Part shown: positions 1 through 13,031 of the stretch, one piece after another
Layout: each line of letters begins with the position of its first letter
How positions within the stretch are numbered: position 1 is the stretch's first letter
Assembly (NCBI RefSeq): GCF_036588685.1
Contig: NC_086379.1
Location: forward strand, 84,072,001 to 84,136,000
From: Mytilus trossulus
Taxonomy: Eukaryota
Direction of reading: 5' to 3'
Length of the DNA stretch: 64,000 bases
Program-made: the position numbers and the translations under genes
Notes under the pieces: generated by a model
What the model saw: only the letters and a program-made list of their open reading frames with translations
The model's database searches: none
Told to the model about the DNA's origin: nothing

Positions 1-1619
1 CATATTGATATGTATTTTAACATAAATGTTATTTTTTCATATTAACTTCTAGTGAGGATATTTAAGTTGGTGCATTAACTACATGATTTCTTTAGTAATT
101 TCACGTTCCCAATACCGCCGTTGGCCGCTTATTATAAGAATAGCAATGAAAGACAGGAGTATAAACCATTGTTCTAACTTTCATCTCAGAGATTGTTAAT
201 ACTATTTGACTCATCCTCATATTAAATAATAAAATCAATGACCATAAAATATCTAAATCCTCCACCATATGGTATACCTGACTTAGGTTTGGGGGACTAA
301 AGACAAGCGTATATATTGTAAATAAAACGAAGAGTTTTCAAATTGTCATCCTTTTACTTTTCATTCAAACGCCAAAATAGCCTGATACATGTAATCATCA
401 AAACAATCATGGTTAAGACAATACAACAGTTCCGGAAAGTACGGATTCCACATACAGATATATAACAGTTGACCCTCAAACGTGTCAACCTTATTCTAAT
501 TAAAAAAGGGTTTAATCAAATGCATGCGCGAAGAGAGCTACCAAAAGGAATATTGTGGTCTATAACTGAAGAGGTGAGATGGAAACAAAGGTAGATTCTC
601 AATTTAACTTATAAATATAGCATCCCTGTAAAATCCATGATACTTTTACTTTTTTAGTCTGAAATGTAGAAACTATTTAATTCATTATTTCAAACATAAA
701 CATGCCACAGATTTGCGATTCAAGGAATACGACAAATTGTCGTACATATTAATTGTTTTTATGTTTCCCATCCAATATCAATACACGTTTGAGGTTTAGT
801 TAGCTATAACACCAGATATAACCCATTATATTCTTTGAAAAATGCTTGTACGAAATATGACAGTTGCCTTTATCCGTTCCATTGATTGGTTAAGTTTTAA
901 TTTTTCACGGGTATAAATGAAAGATGAAAGTATCTGTTGTTTAGGTTGACTGATTTTACAACGCCATGTAAGGTATCTAGGCAGACACAAAATAAATTGC
1001 ATGCGACGATTTACAACATTGTGTGCGCTCAAAATATATTTTGTTCGCTTAATATTATATGAAGCGCAAATAAATACATTTGTTCTATTACTCGATTTAA
1101 AACAAATTTGGGCTGGAATTCAAAGTTTGGTCACTCACTATTACATGAAGCCCACACAAATATTTTTGTTTGTTGTTCGATATTAAATTATTTTGGGATG
1201 AAATTAAAAGTATCTGCGCTAAATATAATCTATTGTGAACACGAATTTAAATGGAGTTTATATGTGGTAGTGCTATCTAATATGTCCTGATTAGGGAGAT
1301 GAATCAATCACAATGGATTTTATAATGTCATATTTTGACACGAGGTGAAAATATAGGAAAGCTATCTCACTTCTTGTAAAATATCATCAATAATGTATTT
1401 TTTAAAAATCTAACACGTGAAACGATATTACGGAAGCTTCGTTTTAATATTCTTCCAAATAAGCTATGGTCCGCATGAAGATTTTGATGCATTAATCAAA
1501 AAGAAATTTTTGATTCAAATTACACATTTCCGCCTAAAAGAAATATATATTATTGCTGAACTAAATTATGGTTCTCTGAAAGGAGACAATAACAATCCAA
1601 AAACCAAAGAGTAAATAAA

Positions 1620-2200
1620 GACTCACAAAACCAAAGGACATTTACATCAACAGTTATAAAAAATTAATAAGAAACAACACGAACTCCACTAAAAACCGGG
1701 AGTGAAATCAGGTAATCCGGAAGGGTAAGTATTTCCTGCACCGTATACAGCACCGTGTTATTTCTTTTTTTATTTTTGTTAATATTGAAGGTTATTATGA
1801 CTGAGGATGAAAATCAGATATGATTTCTGACACACTTTTGTCATAATGAACAATCAGCTCATGATTGCGACCGTAAAATTTCTGGATTGATGACCTTAAT
1901 TTGATTGATTCATAGCCCTGTCTTAGCAACTTTTGAGAAAACAGTATTCCTCGTTCAGCAAAATCGACGTACTTTGAGCTAGCAATATCGTATCAACGTA
2001 GTAACGTATCAATTGAGACCCATATACGCCATAAGCTGGTGCCGCTGGGATGTTGCTTCAAAGAAATGGAACGTTGACTATAGGAAAATTAAAATCATCG
2101 CGTTTATCATAAATTTTGGTATTTAACCTACCATCAGTAGCCATTTCGAGAAAAAAGGTATAAATATGAAGCAGATTTATCTGTGTTGGTAGTATCTTCA
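1620..2200 (-). mobile_element. Penelope-like RT fragment
   Basis: DGRLNTKIYDKRDDFNFPIVNVPFL. Confidence 0.6.
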
Positions 2201-3849
2201 ATTTCAAGTTCACTTGGACTTGAATGTACGTGATCACTGAATCTATTATTATAAAGAAACAGTACATCATCAGTATACCGACAGGTGGCGTTAATAGACT
2301 GGGCTATTTTTTTCTTTTTCTCCTAAGATTGAGAGAAAATCTTATTGCAGTTGGAGACAACGTGGCTTGGTGTTTATACACCCGCTTTCGTGTATTTAGT
2401 TGTTACTTTCGTATGCATTAGGGTTCGATAGGTCATTTTGTGTTGAGCTGTTGTCTATTTATTCCGTTTGTGGTATGAATTAGGTACTTGGCTTAATTCT
2501 TAGAATAGCCGAGTTACTCGTTGTTTGTCTACAGGGTTTTAGATCAATGTTGTTTGTTTACATGTGTGCTTACTCCTTTGTCCTACATGATCTTGTCTAT
2601 TATTATCGTAAATTTATTTTCTATATATATATATATGAACGTTAAAGTGTAGATAAAACTATATGCTACTTCATTTATATGATTTAAAGCTGAAAGTCAC
2701 TAGGTGAACATGGTAATTTAGTTAATAGATATAAGAAGGTGTGGTGTGAGTACCAATGAGACAACTCTCCATCCAAATAACAATTTATAAAAGTAAACCA
2801 TTATAGGTCAATGCACGGCCTTCAACACGGATCTTTGGCTCACATCGAACAACAAGCTAAATAAAGGGCTCTATAATTACTAGTGAAAACCATTGAAACT
2901 GGAAAACCAACGGTCTAATCTATGTAAAAAAAAACAAGAAACGAGAAACGGATATAAATTACATAAACAAACGACAACTACTGTTCATCAGATTTCCGAT
3001 TTAGGACAGGTGCAAATATTTGCATCGGACTAAACGTTTCAATAGTACCAAAACTTCTCCCTTTTTCTGAAACAAAAGCATAACATCACAACATAGACAA
3101 ACACAAGCACAGTTTTTATTAAGAAGAAAAACCGACAGGATTAGAAAATAACACAGGAAACTACAGCATTAACACCATTACAAACATATTTCCTTTTAAT
3201 ATTGACATGATTTGTGCGAACTTACTAATATATTGATTGATCGATATTACAAAATTGTGGGTATCAATTAATATTTTGTGCGTTAAATATAAATATATTG
3301 TACGGACAAATTCATATGGAGTTTACGTGTGGTAGTGCTGTATAATGTCTACAGTTCAGAGAGATTCATCAATTAATAATAAATTTGAAATGGTTTTACT
3401 TTGATAAGAGGTTGGGTATTGGTAAACGATCTCACTTCTCGCAACATATCATCAATTATGTAAAGTTTTTTAAATCAGCACCTCATACGATATTCTGGAA
3501 GATTCGTTATAATCTGCCCTCGAAAAAACTAGGTCACACAAATGAAGATTTCGTTAAAATTCACCAAAGAAGAAACATTTGGATTCCAGTAAAAAATATC
3601 CACCTTATGGAAAAAAAATATTATTGCTTAATTGTATTGTTTTTATCAAATGTAAAAGTTAGTGAATAAATCGTTTTTAAGCACTTTAAAAGTCAGTTAC
3701 ATCATAAGAGTTACATATCAAGTTTGAGTATCTTCTTGACGAAAATATTTTGCGGAAATTTTGGCCCATCTTTTTATGAATATCTGAATTAATTGATCCA
3801 ATCTAATAAAAAGTATATCAATTTTATTTTTGTAACAGTAAATTGCTTT

Positions 3850-5300
3850 TACCTTGAAATAAATGCACCAGGTATTGGGTACGACCAGAGAGAGAAATGT
3901 CCATTACATGGATAAATACTCTTTCCGTAGTCAATGAGGGTCGTCAGAAATACTCTTACACAATTTACTCGTGTAGTAGTTTTAACCATATGTGTGTTCT
4001 TAAAAACTCTGAAGAACTTATCATTAAAACCATCTGTTAAATATTTCTAAAAAGATCTTTTGTGAATAAATAGTTCACAGCTGCTTCACATTTTGCTGGT
4101 CTGATATTTTCATGTAGTGGCTTATGCAACGCACCTCCCTTTTCAATTTGAGTGGAGTATTATTGTTGTCATCAGTTCTTCGTGGCAACGATCAACACGT
4201 AACTGTACTAATGTCGTCAGAAGGAACATTCACGACATTGGCTTTCATCAAATATTGTCCACTTCTATGTAATTCCATCATTTGCAAAAAAAGAAAGAAA
4301 AAAAAGAAATAATTGGAAATACCAATCTCTTCTCTAGTTGATCAAGTTTAATGCAGGTGTCTTGTTGTGGAAACCCAAGTCTTTCTTAGTGGATAATGAG
4401 GGTCTTATACCTGTTCTCATTGGCAAAAGTGTGACATATCCATTCACCATTTCATCTTTATACTTAGATTCAGAAACATCAGAATCGTTTAACCAAATTT
4501 TCTGCATGAGCAACATACATATATACATCCATGCTGAAGAGATGACTTGAATGCTTTTGCAAGTTCGTCTATGGATTTAGCTGCATCATTTTGTGTTTAT
4601 TTTCATTCTTGTCGTCTATGTAAAAAAGAAGATGTGGTGATTGTCAACAGGACAACTCTCCACGAGAAAGCAATTCTTTTTTTCTCAAAAGTATGAGTAG
4701 TTCTGTTGGTTCTTTCATGATTCAATTCCTTCTGCTTAAAATTAATCCTTTTTCATTTGGTTCTTTTCTGATTCAATTCCTTCTGCTTAAAAAAAGGACT
4801 TTCCTTCTTTATTTTGTTAATTAATTCCTTCTTCTTCAAATCAAGGCTTTCTTTTCTGGTTCTTTTGTTATTCGATTACTTCTGCTGCAAAAAAATCTGA
4901 TGTTGACCTTTCTTCTCATATAACTCATTCTGTTTGCAAATAGGATCTTGTTGTCTGTTTTTTTTAGTTCGATTTCTGTATTTAAAGCATCTGATCTTTG
5001 TTTTTTTTAACTTGCCTTAATAATCTTATCTTAAATCTGTGTATGTAGGAAAAAAGTTCTACTAATTCGGTTTTAATACAATGTCTTTGAATACATGCTC
5101 TCTCATATATGGTATCATAAACTGTTGTATTTGTGTAGAAACTCTTCATACAAAAGTGAGGCAATGTGGACAATTATGTCTGAGTAATGTTTTTTTTTAA
5201 ATTTTCTGTAACATTTTGTGCATTCATAATTAATAGTTTTATGATATAAATGTGCTCTTTTGATGCCAATAAGATAATGCTTCCCCTGCATTGTATTTCT
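3850..5300 (-). pseudogene. Decayed Helitron/Helentron RepHel N-terminal region
   Basis: Minus-strand fragments NVVNVPSDDISTVTC*SLPRRTDDNNNTPLKLKR...SHYM resemble the pre-Rep (DUF6570-like) region; preceded by a K/E/R-rich repeat; many stops. Confidence 0.55.
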
Positions 5301-5789
5301 GAAATAAAGAAATATGAAAATTCAATGTAAATTCAATATAATGCCATTTAAATAACAGAATGTGTAATAACCTTTGTTTTTTATCAATAATAAACCATTT
5401 GATTTATTATTGATAAGTGTTTGTTGAATTACCAAATACTGATGCACAAGTAACAGGATATCTGGTAAATGTGCATAAGACTTCGTCTTATAATGTTAAA
5501 GTATAGATAAACGAATAAAAATACTGTATTATTTATTTGTAAGTGTAACCTCTGAAAACGACAAAAAAATCTCCATATGGCAAGAGATAGGGATGAACCT
5601 TTTAAAAATTTGACATGTCAAACAGGAATATAAATGATTCAGAGATTGGATCTAAACAGTTTACCAGATATGACAAGAAAATATATGGGTAATGAGTTGG
5701 GATCTAATCATGGTTTCTGGTTGGGAATATCACGTTTGATAAGAAGATGGTCGGTTGAAAACAAAAATTTACGACAAAACAAAACAAAA

Positions 5790-6390
5790 CTTTACGACAA
5801 ATGAGATTATTTCAGCTTTCCATTTCTAAGTAGCAACATTCCAGCAGCACCTGCACACGGGGTATATATCTCCCAATCGATACGATATTCCCGTGTTTGC
5901 ATTTCCTATCATGATTTTCTTGATAGAGGGTTGCTGCTCACTAGGAAGCTATTAAACCAAGAGTTCCAAATGGTGAAGTTGAAATCATCCCTTCGTACAT
6001 TTTACGGACGCCATCACAAGTTGGTAGACCGTTATGGAATAACCGTTTCACATATGATATCGGATATGTTCCTTACGTCGTAACTTCAACCCCCTTCCCT
6101 TTCATGAATGTGACCTACCCTATTATACTTTCTGCCGGATTTGTTATCACACAAGCAACATGATGGGTGCCACATGTGAAGCAAGATCTGCTTACCCTTC
6201 CGGAGCACCTGAGATGGTTCCTAGTTTTTGGTTGGGTTCGTGTTGTATATTGTTTAGTATTCTATGTTGTGTCATGTGTACTATTGTTTGTCTGTTTGTC
6301 TATTTAATTTTTAGCCACGACTTTGTCAGTTTATTTTCTATTTATGAGTTTCACTGTCCCTTTGGTATCTTTCGTCCCTCTTTTACAAGA
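5790..6390 (+). mobile_element. 3' fragment of a Penelope-like retroelement RT
   Basis: LYDK.DYF.F...SSNIPAAPAHGVYISQ.IRYSR...FLDRGLLLTRKLLNQ...FYGRHH. Related fragments at 1620-2200(-), ~25240-26800, 43480-44450 and 58400-58680. Confidence 0.6.
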
Positions 6391-6657
6391 TAGGCTTATG
6401 TTCTCTTATGAAAGCGATAGGAGTTCAGCCCTGGGTTTCATTCTATATTTGATTTATTTGTTTTATCTTCCTAAAAAAATATTTCCACAGTACACAGATG
6501 CCCCACTGCCACTATTATTTTTTATGTTCATTAAACAATAAAATTGCGGTCAAAACACTAAGTTGGTGTACCATTTAGAAATTTCACATAATAATGAACA
6601 TTTGTATTTGTGTTTAATTAAACTCATCATAGATACCAGGACAAAATTGAGTGTATA

Positions 6658-6699
6658 CACCAGACGCGCGTTTCGTCTACAAAAGACTCATCAGTGACG
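6658..6699 (-). ncRNA. Type I hammerhead ribozyme (family A)
   Basis: Core CTGATGA...GAAA...GTC intact on the minus strand. Confidence 0.82.
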
Positions 6700-6956
6700 C
6701 TCGAATCCAAAAAAGTTAACTTCAACATAAAACATAGATTACCTTACCAAAAAGACTATAAAATGTAACCAACTGTTATACACTATCACATTTCTATTTT
6801 CAGTGAACAATTACTATATAAAAATACTTCAAAATGTAATCAAGGATACCAAAGGGTCAAAACTATATTTGGATGTTCAAAACTTATGAAGGTTATTTAC
6901 GTGCAAATATTATGTTTTGTTCTTTAATATTTTATGAAACACTTTTATATAAAATG

Positions 6957-8250
6957 TTATCAAAGGTACCAGGATTATTATTTACGCCAGACGCGCATTT
7001 CGTTCACATTAGACTCATCAGTGACGCTCATATCAAAATATTTATAAAGCGAAACAAGTTCATAGTTGAAAAGCATTGAGGATCCAAAATTCCAAAAAGT
7101 TATTCCAAATACGCCTAAGATAATCTATGCCTGGGATGCGAAAATCCTTATTTTTTTTTCGATAAAATCAAAGTTTTGTGAACGGGAAATTTATAAAAAT
7201 GACCACATTATTGATATTCATGTCAACACATAAGTTTTGACTACTGGGCTGGTGATACCCTCGGAAAAACGTCTACCAACAGTGGCATCGACCCAGTGGT
7301 GTAAATATTTATCATAGGTACCAGGATTATAATTTAGTACGCCAGACGCGCGTTTCGTGTTACATAGACGGCGTGCACAAAGCTGAGTCCACAAACGTAA
7401 CGTCTTCAAATTATTAAAATCATATACGACGACGGCATTTTCCCCCCGAAAACAAGCGAGTAACAAAAACGCTGGACACTTAGTTTATCACATAACTTTA
7501 AATATTTACGTTCAACATATTTCTTTTTTCTTTCGAACAAAAAAGTGCAGTAAATGCACATTCTGGAAATATAGATAAATATATGCTCAGAGTAGTGAAA
7601 GTGAAATAGAAATGATTAGCGACTATATCGTGGAATCTTTTCAGAAAATAGCGTTAAAACGTCATTTCTTAAGAATGTAACATAATTGCTGGACATTAAA
7701 AAAAAATCAGGTGTTCAGTATGGACTATCGAAAGATTGCAATAACATGTTTTTTCTTGCCGATTCTTCCATTTTGATTATTAGTCCTTCCAAATTACTAC
7801 TTCTTACACATAACGAAGATCATTCCAGACTTATCATCATGATCGTTTTTGATTTTCATGGCGATGAATTTCGTGTGATTTCCGAGTCCGAATCCGAACA
7901 GTTCTATTATACGAAAATGCAGGAAAATATGTCGAATATGTATAAGTTTTAGGTCAATAACTCTTATTTATGCTTATTTAATGTTACAAGTTACACCGTA
8001 TTTTTGCGGTTTTCTATATGTCTGTTTCATGCTTTACAGATAAAGTTTTAATTAACCTTAATAGTAAGGTGGATTTAAATGCCATGCATTCATCATTTTA
8101 TCATAGAAATTTTTTATTCTCATTCTTATTTAAACATATTTTAAACACGGTTGTATAAAACTTTTTAAAAAGCGCATTTTTCAGTTGTCGTCAACTTTGT
8201 GCACGCCGTCATAAGACTCATCAGTGCGCTCATATCAACATATTTATAAA
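6957..8250 (-). mobile_element. Retrozyme-like tandem unit (~355 bp) with hammerheads at 6985-7026 and 7340-8230; the second is split by a MITE
   Basis: ggtaccaggattat...gccagacgcgc recurs at 6965 and 7317; the hammerhead sequence resumes at 8211. Confidence 0.75.
7367..8210. mobile_element. Non-autonomous DNA transposon/MITE, 844 bp
   Basis: TIR GACGGCGTGCACAAAG(c/t)TGA at both ends; 3-bp TSD ATA (7364-7366, 8211-8213). Confidence 0.85.
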
Positions 8251-8269
8251 AACAATAATTCTTAAACTC

Positions 8270-9540
8270 ACATTTTCCCATATTTTGACTATTTTATTTA
8301 TTGTGTCTGTTTATGTAACGCATCAATGTAAATATAACGGAATTTGATGAGACTGTCATTAAAGTGAGAGGGTTAGCGCTATAGAACCAGGTTTAAAATT
8401 TTTTTTTTTTAAATTGTCTGTATGCACATTGAACATCAAATTTATGTGACGTATATAATTTTTCTAACGTCAGACACTCAAATCAATCCATGTGTTCTTA
8501 GACAGTAGATGTTATTGTGTCCTGTTAAATTGTTCCCTTTAAAAAGTTTTGGATTCTCATATATTCTATGTATAATTTTTGGACTAGTTTGAATCTCGGT
8601 CTATTTCTGTAATTTATTCTTACATACTTTTGATTTTTTAACCCTGTATGCGTACATTGCCTATGTAAATTTTAAAATTGTTTGTATGCACATTGAACGA
8701 CAAATTTATGTGACGTATATAATTTTTCTGACGTCGGACACTCAAGTAGATCCATGTGTTCGTGGATAGGTTTTTGTGTCCTGTTAAATTGTTCCTTTTA
8801 AAAGTTTTGGATTCTCATAAATTCTATGTATAACTTTTGGACTAGTTTGATTTCTGTAATTTATTCTTACATACTTTTGATTTTTTAACCCTGTCTGCGC
8901 TCATTGCCTATGTAAAATTTAAAATTGTTTATAATCCAGGTACTTTTGATAACTATTGTATGCACATTGAACGACAAACTTATGTGACGTATATAATTTT
9001 TCTGACGTCAGACACTCAAATCAATCCATGTGTTCGTAGATAGCAGATGTTGTTGTGTCCTGTTAAATTGTTATACGATGATGACTGATGTTCCCATATT
9101 TTGACTATTTTATTGATTGTGACTGTTTATTTAACGCATCATGTAAATGTAACGGAATTTGATGAGACTGTTATTAAAGTGAGAGGGTTAGCTCTATAGA
9201 ACCAGGTTTAATCCACCATTTTCTACATTTGAAAATGCCTGTACCAAGTCAGGAATATGACAGTTCTTGTCCATTCGTTTTTGATGCGTTTTGTTTTTTG
9301 ATTTTGCCATGTGATTATGGACTTTCCAAATTGATTTTCCTCTGAGTTCAGTATTTTTGTGATTTTACTTTTTAATCCACCATTTTCTACATTTGAAAAT
9401 GCCTGTACCAAGTCAGGTATATGACAGTTCTTGTCCATTCGTTTTTGATGCGTTTTGTTATTTGATTTTACCATGTGATTATGGACTTTCCGAATTGATT
9501 TTCCTCTAAGTTCAATATTTTTTGTGATTTTACCTTTTTC
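8270..9540. repeat. Abundant interspersed repeat with internal tandem subunits; other copies at 37432-38291, 39590-39865, 57385-57950
   Basis: Shared core gtgagagggttagcgctatagaaccaggtttaatccaccattttctacatttgaaaatgcctgtaccaagtcagg. Confidence 0.85.
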
Positions 9541-10315
9541 TATTACAAAACACATCAACCTTATTTCTTTCAATCAATAGTTGTCAAATATAATTGTCAA
9601 CACTAAACCTGTCCTTCTATTCTATCAAAGTAAATAGTTTTACTTTACTTATACAATAATATATTTTGTTAAATGATCTACCTAACTCTGCACAAAGAGA
9701 GATAACTCAAAAAATAAAATTATTCGTTTGACTTGACAAAGGACAATTAAACAAGGACAATAACTCTGTAAAAATAATCTAACCAAAATCAATATCTTCC
9801 AGCATGAAAAAATGTATGAGAAACTGATTTGTGATATAGATGGACTGACAACCAGAACATGTTGAAGTCCATTTCAGCTTAAGAGACTAATAACTAATAA
9901 AAAACTTTGATAGGCAAAAACAAATTACAAAAATACTGAACTTAGAGGAAAATCTAATCGGAAAGTCAATAATCACGTGGCAAAATCAAATAACAAAAAA
10001 CATTCATAGAGTAAATAATATATAAAAAATACACCATTTAAAACTAAAATACTGCAAAAACATGTGGTTCTGTTCAATTGGAAGCCTTTAAATCAGTAAT
10101 TGTCGCTTTTTAGTGTTTGTCATATCCTTTTTATAATTAATTTGTTATATATTGGCATTTGGTTTTCTCATTTCTCATTTTAATTTATACAACATTTTAA
10201 ATTGGTAGAAGCGTTTGTTATAGAAGAAATGTGCTGTCCATTTTGTATATAAATATATATTTTGTGTGGTCAGGTCAGTGCAATGACCTCTTTGATACTG
10301 ATTGAATAATAATAT

Positions 10316-10635
10316 TGTTGTATCTTTACCCTAAGCCCCGGGTTCTCCCTATTAGGGGTAGACAACTGATAACATTCTCCCTGCCAGGAGTAGACGATGG
10401 ACACCAATGGGCCTCTGGTTGGATACAGCGGATGTCAGAGCCTGCGCACGCCTGCAGCGCCTTCTTCACCTTATGGTCAACAATACGTTAGACGCAATAT
10501 AACGAAGACACAGTAACAACGCCCGAGTTATAGATAATTACATAATATTTAAGCCTAAGTACTTCTTATATGTATAAAGTCCAGGTCAGGTCCTTTCAAG
10601 GGAAATAGTCTTTCCCCAAGACGAACACCACATTA
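10316..10635 (+). repeat. 5' LTR (TGTTG...CATTA)
   Basis: Matches 20796-21115 with 2 mismatches (aacatt/accatt; cttctt/cctctt). Confidence 0.95.
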
Positions 10636-10636
10636 T

Positions 10637-10659
10637 TGGTAGTTGCGGGTGGTTCGAAC
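10637..10659 (+). promoter_or_regulatory. Primer binding site, resembling the complement of the initiator tRNA-Met 3' end
   Basis: TGGTAGTTGCGGGTGGTTCGAAC starts 1 nt after the LTR; imperfect match to the iMet-type PBS TGGTAGCAGAGGATGGTTTCGA. Confidence 0.7.
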
Positions 10660-11097
10660 ACACATGGTGTGACCTAGTTAGCCATTTTGGTCAGGGAATT
10701 TTGACTAGGTGCAATCAAGCGTGATTTGCAAAATAATTTTGGCTATTATGAGACTTTGCAAGTTGGATTAGGCTTAAAAGAAAAGCTTTAGAAGCGATAC
10801 CTTATTGAGCAAAGCGTTGTAAGATAAGTTATTCACTGTCTGTGAAAGTTTTCAAACTTTGTCCAAGTCATTGATTTTTTTCAGATTGAGTCTCGCGTGA
10901 TTTCGTGTTACCAGGTAACAGCGATACTTGAGATCAATACCGGAAGCGATTTCCGTGATTTGCTTACATATGCAATACACATCTTTGCTATTTGTAAACG
11001 GGATTTAAATCAATAAAGACTTGTTTATTATTTTGTTATTGTGTTGTCATTTATTTATAGTGAAAGTATCACGGAATATAGGGTAATATTCAGCACA

Positions 11098-13031
11098 ATG
11101 AGTGGGTTTAAAATTAAAATAAACTCCAGTCCGGAGTCTGTTCTCCTACATGTACCTGGCATTGGTACGGCTACTGCTCGTAGAATTATAGTAATGAGAA
11201 ATAATGGCATAACAATAACACCAGAAATATTGGCCCAAATACCATATATGAAAAATAAAATGTCACTTGTGTCCGATATGATTTATTTTTCTCCTTGTGA
11301 ATTCAATGACATGGACAATGTTGATGTCAGGTATCAAGGTCAGCCACATGAGTAACAAGACTATGAGACAGATACACATGTAAAATCACACGAGGGAGGG
11401 GCAGCAAATTTTGTTTCCACACCCTTCACCCTGGGTACTATTAGACGGGAAATTGCTCATTTGCAAGAATTTAACACCGATACACAGAGGTGGATAGACC
11501 AACACGGTTCCACACAGGCACCTGTCCAGGGGGGTGTAATTTATCAAAAACCTAATTTACATCAACCGGTTTTTTCTGACTCGGAGATTGCCATGGATAC
11601 AGTGTGGAATTCGCAGGTTGATCGCCCGTCAATGAGATCCATGCCCTCATGCATTGAGGAAAATGAATATCCAACCCAAGAGATGGATCGTTGCAGAATT
11701 TTTGACGATAATCTGTCCTGTAGTGAGGAATCGTTACTTCCCAGCCAGAAGAAATTGACCCAGCATACGGACCACATTATGTAGAATATGAACCGTCAGA
11801 TAAGCCAGATTTGCCAAGTCTAGATCGGTCTATGAGTATTCAGCATGATAGCACCACTATGATAGAGGTTCAGCTGAATCAGCAACCAAGGTTAGTGGGT
11901 GAACATTGTACAGAGTACGAGTCGTCAACTGCTATGAAAGAGCAACATTTCGAGAACACCCACCTCAACGACAGGTTCCAACAAAGTCAATCAACAATTG
12001 AACAGGACTTTAACAGACAGACTAGGGAACCAATCAATCAGCGCAGTAGGTTGTTAGAAAATTCTGTCAACTATATTCAACCGCCACAACCAACAGTTCA
12101 ACTGCCTGTTGAACATACAGTCAACTTCAACCAACGTCAACAAGCTGTTCAACTACCTGTTGAACGTATCAACCAGCGTCAACAAGCTGCAACTCCCTGT
12201 TGAACATAATGACAACTACCCGCGATCAAATACTAGAGCCATTCATCTACTTGGTGGTCACACAGTCACCAACACACAACCAATTCAACAATCAATTCAA
12301 CAATAAACCCGGCATACCATTAGCAACGTACCACATTAATCACACGGCACATCCGTGCTTAACGGACAATTGCCTACTCAACAAGGTTTCAACAGGTCAC
12401 CTCCGACTGTTGCCAACCAACCAATCAACCACAGGGCTACAGGTCAACAACCACCTCAACCCAATTTCAACAGGTCGAACCCTTTACCTGCACTTAGGTC
12501 TACTCCACCCGTCAGGGAAAGGGAACCTTATCAACAACTTCCACCGACCGCTAACAGGGCCAATCAACCACCCTGTCCCAGTTCAACAGGTCAACTACAG
12601 TCAACTAGACAACAAAACTATACCTTTCCAGTCGGTACAGCCGGACAACAAAACAGAGTGATTGATAATCAACAAGATCAACCACCGATCAACCATCCTG
12701 TTAATATATCACATATCAACAGCCATGTTCCACCGACACAACAATTTAACAGAACAGGTCTATACCAACCTAACACCAACCAGTCAGGTTTTCAACAACC
12801 ACTCAATAACACAATGGGTCAGCAGGGGCAAACGCCTCAGGCCATACATAACCAACAGGAATTTTACAGGCAACAACCGGTGCAACATCTCCAAAATGTT
12901 ACTGCACCTATACATCAGACTCAACAGCCATATGGAAATATACCATATTAGCAAGGGAGGCCCTATCCTTCAACAACACCAATCTTGTACAAGGAACGGC
13001 TCAATCAGGGTATTATGACACAGCTCCACAC
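11098..13031 (+). pseudogene. gag: Disrupted 5' part of gag: N-terminal HhH motif followed by a long Q/P/N-rich low-complexity region
   Basis: ATG at 11098 (MSGFKIKINSSPESVLLHVPGIGTATARRII). The fragments at 11041, 11461, 11811, 12109/12355 and 13032 join into one frame across in-frame stops (11353, 12304, 12949) and frameshifts (~11740, ~12190, ~12965). Confidence 0.8.

Noticed and set aside
7819-7827. Minus-strand WND codons as a possible last CTLD exon
   Set aside because: Flanked by stops in that frame and located inside the MITE.
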